The notes under the pieces are model-generated. The model made no database searches and had not been told where the DNA came from. It saw only the letters and a list, made by a program, of their open reading frames with translations. A stretch of DNA of 29,925 bases from positions 1-29,925 of IMG/VR virus record IMGVR_UViG_3300022181_000104; one strand, 5' to 3'. Positions 1 to 7,233 of the stretch are shown one piece after another; within the stretch, counting starts at the first letter, position 1, and every line of letters starts with the position of its first letter. The position numbers and the translations under genes were made by a program. The DNA comes from a virus (taxonomy: Duplodnaviria; Caudoviricetes).

Positions 1-348
1 ATGTGGAACATTATCTTTTATGAAAAAGAGGACGGTACAATACCGGTTCAAGATTTTTTAGATCATCTGCCTGCCAAGCACTCGGCTAAAGCTCTTCGCG
101 AAATTGACATACTTGAAAAGTATGGGATTACGCTCACCGAACCACATGTTAAGCACATCAACGCGAAGCTATGGGAGTTGCGCATTAAATCAGCAGGCGA
201 CATTTCGCGAATTTTCTATTTCGTTCCAGCTGGGAATGATATAATTCTGCTTCATGGCTTTGTGAAAAAAACTCAAAAAACACCGAATAAGGAAATTGAA
301 ACAGCAAATACTTATTTAAACGATTACCAAAGGAGGAACAGTAGATGA
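1..348 (+). CDS. Type II toxin, RelE/ParE superfamily (HigB/Gp49-like)
   Basis: 115 aa with LWELRIK...RIFYF...IILLHGFVKKTQKTP motif; directly upstream of an HTH gene with ATGA overlap. Confidence 0.9.
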   Translation: MWNIIFYEKEDGTIPVQDFLDHLPAKHSAKALREIDILEKYGITLTEPHVKHINAKLWELRIKSAGDISRIFYFVPAGNDIILLHGFVKKTQKTPNKEIETANTYLNDYQRRNSR

Positions 349-617
349 CTTATAAAGAGTATAAAAAAGCAGCACTTTCGAAGAACCACGAACTCCGCAG
401 GGAGTATGAAGCCCTTGCGCCACAATACGAAATTATTGATGCCGTTATTGCAGCTCGTATTGAGAAACAACTAACACAAGCTGAACTTGCTGAACGCATT
501 GCTACAAACCAAAGTAACATCAGCCGCTTTGAGAGCGGAAACGCTAACCCTTCTGTGAGCTTCCTGCAAAAGATAGCAGAAGCCCTAGGTAAAGAGCTCG
601 TAATAACACTCCGGTAA
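345..617 (+). CDS. XRE-family HTH antitoxin (HigA-like)
   Basis: LTQAELAERIATNQSNISRFESGNANPSVSFLQKIAEALG HTH; SD AGGAGG upstream; toxin-first arrangement. Confidence 0.9.
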   Translation: MTYKEYKKAALSKNHELRREYEALAPQYEIIDAVIAARIEKQLTQAELAERIATNQSNISRFESGNANPSVSFLQKIAEALGKELVITLR

Positions 618-783
618 TATGTGGATAATCTAAGAAGTAGTAGTGAAAGGAAAGCTTTGCAAGCCTGTTTAAAAACGAAGAGTGTAAGACCTAATGTTCA
701 ATGTTTTACTACACCAACCGGGAGGGCAATTTCGGTAGCTTTCTTAAAAAACAGTGCCTTAGTAGTGTTACAGCAAAATAAGA

Positions 784-824
784 AAAAGGCGAATACCCTG
801 CTTTTATGCAAGATATTCGCCTTT
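784..824. terminator. Probable bidirectional intrinsic terminator
   Basis: AAAAGGCGAATA ... TATTCGCCTTTT inverted repeat with A/T tails, between the + strand TA operon and minus-strand transcription from the right. Confidence 0.6.
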
Positions 825-874
825 TGTGTATATTCTATGCAGCTTTAACATACTCTATACAGGTTTACTAAAAA

Positions 875-879
875 TGACT
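875..879 (+). repeat. 5-bp target site duplication, left copy (TGACT)
   Basis: Immediately precedes the terminal TGT; identical to 1678-1682. Confidence 0.8.
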
Positions 880-1677
880 TGTAATGGGGCAAAGTCGTTT
901 AGCGTGTTAGGGGCAATTCTCTTTATTCTCTCCCAACCTCTTCCATCTTTTTAATCATTCCAAATAAAAACCGACTCAATTAACTCTTCCCCCAATTCTT
1001 CCCTTAAGCATCCTCCCCTCAATCCCCCAATTCACCCTCCAAATCACACCCATCCCGAACCGCTCCATAGCGCGAAAGGCCTTCCGATTTTCCTTCTAAT
1101 CTTCCTCTGAAAAATGAAAGGAAACTTATAATCGGAAGCTCAACACTGATTCGATATGTGATGAAGAAACGGAAATTCTAAGGAGAAATTCATTCGACAC
1201 GCTACAACTGACGAGCAGTGTTTCGTAGCACGGGAGCGTTGAAGAGTGACGAAAACCTGAAATTCAAGGGAAAAATCGGGGAAAACTATCAAGGAAATGC
1301 TGAAAATGATTGAAAAGGAGAGAAATAAGGGAAATTCGGCTTAGAGAGCGTTGATAGTGAGTGCGAGTGTTATAGGGGCACGGAAGCGTTGCAAGAAGGG
1401 GAAAAATGAGAAGAGGAAAAGGAAGGAAGGGTGAAGATTTATCGGAAGCGCTGCGGTTGATGTGGAAGGGTTAGGGGGTACGGAAGCGGTGGAAGAAGGG
1501 TTGAAATTGAGGGAAATTGATTTGAGGGAAATAAAAAACCCTTGTTCATCGTGAGGATGAAACAAGGGTTTTACTATGATGAATTTTTGGGGGAAGGTGA
1601 AGCGTGAAGGGAAAACGGGAATAAATCAGTTTGCCCTTTTTGTGATGAAACACGCTAATACAGTTTGCCCTATAACA
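880..1677. mobile_element. Non-autonomous transposon (MITE-like), Tn7/TnsB-family type ends
   Basis: Left end TGTAATGGGGCAAAGTCGTTTAGCGTGTT; right end (reverse complement) TGTTATAGGGCAAACTGTATTAGCGTGTT; a second GGGCAA site inside each end; flanked by TGACT at 875-879 and 1678-1682; no credible CDS. Confidence 0.8.
1533..1572. terminator. Terminator-like hairpin inside the transposon
   Basis: AAAAAACCCTTGTTCATC GTGAG GATGAAACAAGGGTTTT. Confidence 0.55.
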
Positions 1678-1682
1678 TGACT
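1678..1682 (+). repeat. 5-bp target site duplication, right copy (TGACT)
   Basis: Immediately follows the terminal ACA. Confidence 0.8.
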
Positions 1683-1683
1683 G

Positions 1684-1701
1684 TTACTCCCACTCTGTCG
1701 T
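1684..1701 (-). other. Prophage att site: duplicated guaA-like 3' end
   Basis: Minus strand ACG ACA GAG TGG GAG TAA = TTEWE*; GMP synthase ends in ...TIEWE*, and GAGTGGGA is the known core of guaA-integrating elements; lies just past the lysis terminator. Confidence 0.7.
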
Positions 1702-1834
1702 TATGTTATTGCATGAGGTAATTTCACCTTGCTTTACTTGTTTTTTGCTGTTAATTTTCGCTTATTTATCACTGGTATCAGTGGCAACATAAGAAAGTGG
1801 TACGTAAACGGTACGCCTGTATTCGTACATAAAG

Positions 1835-1870
1835 AAACAGCCCCGAAGCAGTTACGCTCCGAGGCTGTTT
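1835..1870 (-). terminator. Intrinsic terminator of the late/lysis operon
   Basis: Minus strand AAACAGCCTCGGAGC GTAACT GCTTCGGGGCTGTTT CTTT just after the last holin stop. Confidence 0.8.
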
Positions 1871-1886
1871 GCTTTTTCGTTTGTTG

Positions 1887-2381
1887 TTAATTTTCTTCGC
1901 TTGTTGCTAGTTCACCAGCCGGAGCAACACCGGCAACGACATTACCCGGATTGACTGTGCCCTCCGTACCCACACCTATGAGTGTTGCAAATGCGCTTTC
2001 TTCAATAATCATTCCCTTGTCTGCATTGAGGATTGCATTTAGTTTGGCTAGAGCTTCTTTAATATATTTAATCGATACTGTAAGAACCGCTGCTATGATT
2101 ACCAGGTCAGCAAAAACATCCTGGTAATCCGGAGGGATTACCCATCCTACCTGATCAGCGAAAATTGGCAAGGCAGTAATGGAGATTACCAGCAAAGCTA
2201 AGCCGATTACAAAGACCAAGATTTTGAGCACGCTCGTGAGGATCCGCTGCCTATCAAACGGCTGATTGCGGATTTTGACATTATACCATGTGCCAAAGAG
2301 CATGTTGGCCAAATATGCACAGAGGAAGATAACCATGGCGTATAGCGTGTTCTGCAGATTCGCAAAAATTGCTACAAACAT
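1887..2381 (-). CDS. Holin-like membrane protein (second holin)
   Basis: About 3 hydrophobic segments; directly follows the endolysin; start moved to MFVAIF after SD GAAAGGA. Confidence 0.65.
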   Translation of the reverse strand: MFVAIFANLQNTLYAMVIFLCAYLANMLFGTWYNVKIRNQPFDRQRILTSVLKILVFVIGLALLVISITALPIFADQVGWVIPPDYQDVFADLVIIAAVLTVSIKYIKEALAKLNAILNADKGMIIEESAFATLIGVGTEGTVNPGNVVAGVAPAGELATSEEN

Positions 2382-2382
2382 T

Positions 2383-3117
2383 TTAAGACATCCTTTCAAT
2401 CAATTTCAACAATTTATTAAATATCCGTATAAACATTTCCCATGCTAACCATTGGGGAATGGGTTGATCCAGTGATTTCTTCCATTTTGGCGCATCATTC
2501 AGCAAGCCATTTTTGGCTAGTTCATCGATGGCCGTATTCCCCATATCAATCTGCCACTGCTCTAAACCATCCAATTTTCTTTGCACATCCTCTCTAAATA
2601 TTGTCATGGACTTCCCATGCAAGGGAAACCAATGTCTTACATCTGCATGATTTGTTGCGACTCCCAGAGCATATCCTTCGCTATGATCGATGATGTTTGA
2701 TGGACTGATTCTGAATTGCCTGCAGAGCATTACCGTGACATCAACGGCATTGGTGTAAACCTTCTCAAAGTATGCCTGGTTCTTGGCGACGTCATACCCG
2801 ATCATCGTAGCTGCAGGTCCGTATTTAAATCCTGCTGGTTCGCAGATTTCCATGCCTATGTGTGTGTCATTGGCTTTTCCACCTGCATGCCATCCTCGAT
2901 GATCCCACGGTAGATACTGCCATACTTCAGTATCGTCTATGATTGCATGCACACATGCCTTTACACCTGGTTTGTTCCACAGGGCGAACCAGGCACTAGC
3001 TTTTACACCTGGAGTCGCGGTTGAGTGAATCATGATTCCCTGAGGTTTGATTTTTTGATTGGCTTTGTAGCAGTCGTTATCAATCATTAACTTTTGAACG
3101 AAGTTATACCCTGCCAT
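2383..3117 (-). CDS. Endolysin, N-acetylmuramoyl-L-alanine amidase (Amidase_2 type)
   Basis: IMIHSTA, VHA, GWHAGG, IGMEICE and DH..H.D Zn-amidase motifs. Confidence 0.9.
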   Translation of the reverse strand: MAGYNFVQKLMIDNDCYKANQKIKPQGIMIHSTATPGVKASAWFALWNKPGVKACVHAIIDDTEVWQYLPWDHRGWHAGGKANDTHIGMEICEPAGFKYGPAATMIGYDVAKNQAYFEKVYTNAVDVTVMLCRQFRISPSNIIDHSEGYALGVATNHADVRHWFPLHGKSMTIFREDVQRKLDGLEQWQIDMGNTAIDELAKNGLLNDAPKWKKSLDQPIPQWLAWEMFIRIFNKLLKLIERMS

Positions 3118-3622
3118 CGTATTCCTTCCTCTCTGGAGGTTCTTGCATGTTTTGTCTTATTACCTCTGCTTCTTTCTGTTTGAAGAACACTAACAACCAC
3201 TTTAGGTTTGAACCACCAGTAATCAGGTTTTCTAAATTAGATTGGCACTCTCGGAAAAACAGGACCGTGTAGACAAAGCTTGCAATTGCGATTCCTGCTG
3301 CTTCCAAGAAGACTACTCGATAGGACAAACCGGTTAAGATCATGACTATTAAGTATGAGAAGATCTTGACTCTGGTTCCGTCCCAAAGTGACCGGGACCG
3401 CAACTCACACGCTTTGACAGCGTTAAAATATCCCCCGTGTTGCCTGCAAATTGCCCACCACTTGGTGACAATATCGAAGAACGCTGCAGCTGTCACTGCC
3501 AATACGGCTGTAAGATAGATCTTTTCCGGGAATAGAATATACCCTAGGATGCTTACAATTGCAGCCAATAAGGGTTTCAACCCGGAAAAAGCTTTGGTAA
3601 AGTATGAAACAAAGTTATCCAT
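3104..3622 (-). CDS. Holin (phage holin 4-like)
   Basis: Multiple TM segments and an E..S..ENL motif (RECQSNLENL); start reassigned to MDNFVS after SD GGAGGAG. Confidence 0.75.
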   Translation of the reverse strand: MDNFVSYFTKAFSGLKPLLAAIVSILGYILFPEKIYLTAVLAVTAAAFFDIVTKWWAICRQHGGYFNAVKACELRSRSLWDGTRVKIFSYLIVMILTGLSYRVVFLEAAGIAIASFVYTVLFFRECQSNLENLITGGSNLKWLLVFFKQKEAEVIRQNMQEPPERKEYDGRV

Positions 3623-3728
3623 GGAGCTTCTCCTCCACTTCTTGACGGTCTGCTTCCGGAACATCCTCGATGGTCATCAGCCCAGCGAGGATCCTTTCAA
3701 CCATTGATTTGATGATTACATCGTGCAT
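3615..3728 (-). CDS. Small CD1375/XkdX-like protein (37 aa), not in the ORF track
   Basis: MHDVIIKSMVERILAGLMTIEDVPEADRQEVEEKLHG; SD GGAGGTG; TAATG overlap with the fibre stop; typical position between fibre and holin. Confidence 0.75.
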   Translation of the reverse strand: MHDVIIKSMVERILAGLMTIEDVPEADRQEVEEKLHG

Positions 3729-6592
3729 TATGCCACCTCCGTCTTGGTGAGCGATATATTGCCACCAATTACAGCAAATCCAATTTTGTAGTATTTCCCA
3801 TCGTCACCCAGCACGACATTGTTTGAATCTATGTACGAGTAGGTTAGCTCCCCGTGTGGGTAATTGTAGGCAAAGTAGTAAGTGAAAAAGATTAGGTCTC
3901 CACTGGTTGCATCGGGATGCGTAAAAGTCTGACCACCTGAAGCTACTACTGACGTAGCCGGATTGAGCTCGAGTTGCGAGCCTGTTATTGGGTCAATTTT
4001 GTAGATTTTCTCGATTGATTGAATTGGGTAATCAGTATAGAGGATGCCGAGGTTTGACCCGTAAACACCGACATCGGCTATGATGGGCTCCCACATGATG
4101 GTGCCAGAGGGATAGGCTAAGAGCGTTCCGCTTGATACGTTTTCGGTGATGATTGGGGTTGCGAGTTGGTAATAGATGACTGTTCCTGCGAGTGCGGTTT
4201 GTGCGGCGGCGAGAGTGGCGTAGGTTCCTTTGGTTACATACGCATAAAATCTCGTGTTGTTGCCGTAAGTCCTGAACAGACCTACCGATGCTGTGCTATC
4301 GGCAATGGTGGTAGGGCTTTGTCGAAAATTCGGCAAAATTAGCGTACCGGTGTGGTATGCAACAGTGGCGGTGTCGTTGTAAAAAATTGCATCTGTCGGC
4401 TTAACGAATCTAACCGCATCATAATTTGCGGAACTCGCAGTATTTAATTCGTCGATATTCGCACTCTGCAAAACATACCTCTGCACCCTCTTAACGTACC
4501 GCCCGTTCTCCACAGTATCGGCAATACCATTAGGCACCCTGTAAAGTGGCATCGGCTTAGTGTATTGCTCTGTGCGTTGGTGTGCTACGTAGGTGGTGGC
4601 GACGGTGCCGAGTTCGAGTTGCGGTTTTGCCAAAATTGCTTCAGACGGTAAAATTGTCGCAAGACTTGGTGTTTTTTGTAATACAATTTTTGCCTTGCGC
4701 CTTGCGGTTGAGCTTGATATTGTAACGCTTGACGTTACCCCCAAAAAGTTACCAGACCAGTCATACAAAAAAATGTTAAATAGCCCTATGCCGGAGCCAG
4801 TGTCACGGCTAAAAATATGGGTTGTGTTCGGTAAAATTGAAATGAATGTTTTAGCACGTAAATATTGGGTTGATACAATCGAGGTTCCATCAGAAGCATT
4901 GATACTTCCTTGCTCCCAATTATCTTGATTCCCATTGATTTTATTCTTATTAACGCTCCGCACCCTACCACTAACAGCGCTCGCTGTGCCATTGAGGTAG
5001 TCGAGTAGCATTGCATCGGATTGTGGCAGGGTGAGTGCTTGCTGTCCTATTGCGGTGAGGTTGACGGTTTTGAATTTTTCTACTTGGATTGTGTCCCAAG
5101 AAGCGGCTCTTTTGTCGATGATGCCAACGTAACCTGTTCCACTTGCCCCTGCTGTGATGATTGCACTCACCTTCTGCCAAGCGGTTGAACTTGCGGTCGC
5201 TGTATCGGTTGAGGTAGTGCCGTCATTAAAGCGGATTGCTACATCGGTTGTGCCAGTAGTGGTTTTGACGTATGCTCTTACGTAGTATTTGTGAGTTGCT
5301 ATAGCCGTTAATGCTTGTTGAGCGTTTTGATTTTGAGCATTAGCAAGGAAACTTGCGACCCCGTTTGAAACGGTAAAAGTAGCGAATGTTGATGTCCAAT
5401 CGCCAGTTGCGGAAAAGTCACCGTCGGTAAGGTTCGTAGCCGTCATACCGCTTTGCACGATGCCCAAACCTGCTTGTGCGGCGTTTTTGGGGAGTGAGTT
5501 TACGGTGTCGTAGGAGGTTACTGTGACTTTGGCATCGCCACTGGGGTTGAGTTGGTTGAGGGTGTCTTCAAGCACCTTGACTTCGGTTTGCAGTTCGGCG
5601 ATGTTTTCGCGTACGTTTGGCAGTTCGGCTTGTACGAGCGCGATTTGCGCTGTTCCTTCTGCTTGGACTAAGCCGATTTGGGTTGCGCCTTCACCTTGTA
5701 CGAGCAGGATTTGTGCGTCACCTTCATCTTCAACTAAGCCAATTTGCGTGGTTCCTTCCGCCTGCACAAGACCAACCTGCGTAGTGCCTTCGCCAGTTAC
5801 GCGTTGCTCTTGGGTGTCGCCCTCTGCGGTGATTCTGGCGGTTTGGGTATCGCCTGTGCTGACGAGCTGGGCTTGGGTTTCGCCAGCAAGCGCAATGGCT
5901 TCTTCGAGAGATGCTTCTGCATCACCGGCCAGCTTGGTTGCGCCAGTGACAGGGTCGGCAAGGTCGGAATAGATAGCTTGTGCAGCTGGTATGGTTTCGT
6001 CTGTCAGCGTGCTGTCGATTGACTGTGCAGCCGGTGTAGTGGTTTCACGCAAAGTCTGCTCAATGGCCGTTGCCGCTGGAGTAGTAGTGTTAGTAAGGGT
6101 ATTGTTGATGGTATTGCCATCGGTGATACTCTGCTGTAGGTCGGATTGTAGCTGATGTCCCTCGCCCAAAAGCGATTCATAATCCGCTACAACTGCATCG
6201 GCGGTCGCTGTTGCTGTTACGCATAAGTTAACCAAGTATGTGACAAGCGTCGCATCTTCGGCGCTCGGCGGGGTAGTTGTGACACCATTGCGCACAAACA
6301 GCACCATCCGTGGGGATTGCTCTAGGGTTGTGCCTTGTCGTAGGTTGATTTGTATGTAGTTGGTTCCGTACGCCAGCAGGCCGTAATAGATCGGCAGTTG
6401 GATAACACCGTCTGCCACCGCAAGCGCGCCGGTTTCCAATTCGGTGATGGAAAATCCCGCTGTGATGGTTTTGCCTGTCAAATCATACGCGCCAAGTGAT
6501 ATTTGCAGAGTGAGTATGCCGGATTCAAGGACAAAGGATTGCTCTGTGATGGCTACGTCAATGTGTTTTTTTGTCATATCTAGAGTTATCAA
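3728..6592 (-). CDS. Tail fibre / receptor-binding protein (baseplate-upper-like N-terminus, coiled-coil repeats, CBM-like beta domains)
   Basis: 954 aa; 15-aa and 11-aa repeats; NLTDGDFS...W carbohydrate-binding-like motif; last large tail gene. Confidence 0.75.
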   Translation of the reverse strand: MITLDMTKKHIDVAITEQSFVLESGILTLQISLGAYDLTGKTITAGFSITELETGALAVADGVIQLPIYYGLLAYGTNYIQINLRQGTTLEQSPRMVLFVRNGVTTTPPSAEDATLVTYLVNLCVTATATADAVVADYESLLGEGHQLQSDLQQSITDGNTINNTLTNTTTPAATAIEQTLRETTTPAAQSIDSTLTDETIPAAQAIYSDLADPVTGATKLAGDAEASLEEAIALAGETQAQLVSTGDTQTARITAEGDTQEQRVTGEGTTQVGLVQAEGTTQIGLVEDEGDAQILLVQGEGATQIGLVQAEGTAQIALVQAELPNVRENIAELQTEVKVLEDTLNQLNPSGDAKVTVTSYDTVNSLPKNAAQAGLGIVQSGMTATNLTDGDFSATGDWTSTFATFTVSNGVASFLANAQNQNAQQALTAIATHKYYVRAYVKTTTGTTDVAIRFNDGTTSTDTATASSTAWQKVSAIITAGASGTGYVGIIDKRAASWDTIQVEKFKTVNLTAIGQQALTLPQSDAMLLDYLNGTASAVSGRVRSVNKNKINGNQDNWEQGSINASDGTSIVSTQYLRAKTFISILPNTTHIFSRDTGSGIGLFNIFLYDWSGNFLGVTSSVTISSSTARRKAKIVLQKTPSLATILPSEAILAKPQLELGTVATTYVAHQRTEQYTKPMPLYRVPNGIADTVENGRYVKRVQRYVLQSANIDELNTASSANYDAVRFVKPTDAIFYNDTATVAYHTGTLILPNFRQSPTTIADSTASVGLFRTYGNNTRFYAYVTKGTYATLAAAQTALAGTVIYYQLATPIITENVSSGTLLAYPSGTIMWEPIIADVGVYGSNLGILYTDYPIQSIEKIYKIDPITGSQLELNPATSVVASGGQTFTHPDATSGDLIFFTYYFAYNYPHGELTYSYIDSNNVVLGDDGKYYKIGFAVIGGNISLTKTEVA

Positions 6593-6603
6593 TGTATCAC
6601 CTC

Positions 6604-7221
6604 CTATTCAACGAGCGTACTTGTTAATGCGCCGCTATTATCGATTGTGATTTTGAATTGTTTTGTGCCATCTGGCGTGGTCAAAACCAATGCTGATCCA
6701 GCAACCGGCAGATGCACATCACCGGTTTTTTTGACAAGGAAAGCGTTTGATCTCGCACCTACATTGGCACCATTGCCAATAATAAAAGCAGCATCAGCAT
6801 CGGCAATATTACACATGCCGATTGATAATTGGTATAACCCTGTTGCTAATGTGTAATAACCCAAAACAGCTGCACCGTTTGCTGTGGCTTCGCCTCCAAG
6901 TCCGTGTGAAAAAGTATATACCGCAGAGGCTTTGGTTGAGTTACCACCGGCAAAAGAAAAGCCCCCGCTTGCAATGTTTCCGGATCCGCAGTGAAAAGAA
7001 CCACTGCCAAGCGCGCCTTGAGTTACTAATCCAGCTTGGCCCATATCTACGGCTTTATAACCCATCGTTCTACCGGCAACGGATCCATTTTTAATAGCAA
7101 ACGCATCGCCTTGCTTTTCGATGTGTATATCAGCTTCAACCCCGGCGAATCCGTCGTTAATTTCTGTGTATGTGTCTTTGATTTTATCTGTTCCTGCTAG
7201 ATTACAATATTTGTTTGGCAT
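6604..7221 (-). CDS. Tail tip protein with YadA-head-like beta-roll repeats
   Basis: Roughly 14-aa G...ASG..S.A.G repeats followed by AFIIGNG..RSNAF. Confidence 0.65.
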   Translation of the reverse strand: MPNKYCNLAGTDKIKDTYTEINDGFAGVEADIHIEKQGDAFAIKNGSVAGRTMGYKAVDMGQAGLVTQGALGSGSFHCGSGNIASGGFSFAGGNSTKASAVYTFSHGLGGEATANGAAVLGYYTLATGLYQLSIGMCNIADADAAFIIGNGANVGARSNAFLVKKTGDVHLPVAGSALVLTTPDGTKQFKITIDNSGALTSTLVE

Positions 7222-7233
7222 TGTATCACCTCT

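Noticed and set aside
621-848. 75-aa ORF after the antitoxin
   Set aside because: No clear SD, no recognisable motif, and it runs through a terminator-like hairpin
1195-1256. Possible hammerhead ribozyme (CTGACGAG ... GAAA)
   Set aside because: A small hairpin exists (GCTAC/GTAGC, ACTG/CAGT), but the core words are not joined by proper stems II and III on one strand
1341-1565. 74-aa minus-strand ORF in the mini-transposon
   Set aside because: Low-complexity S/P/F/L product caused by the base skew; no transposase motif
880-1677. CRISPR array or tRNA
   Set aside because: No regularly spaced identical repeats and no cloverleaf
3728-6592. Diversity-generating retroelement target
   Set aside because: No reverse transcriptase and no TR/VR pair visible in the window
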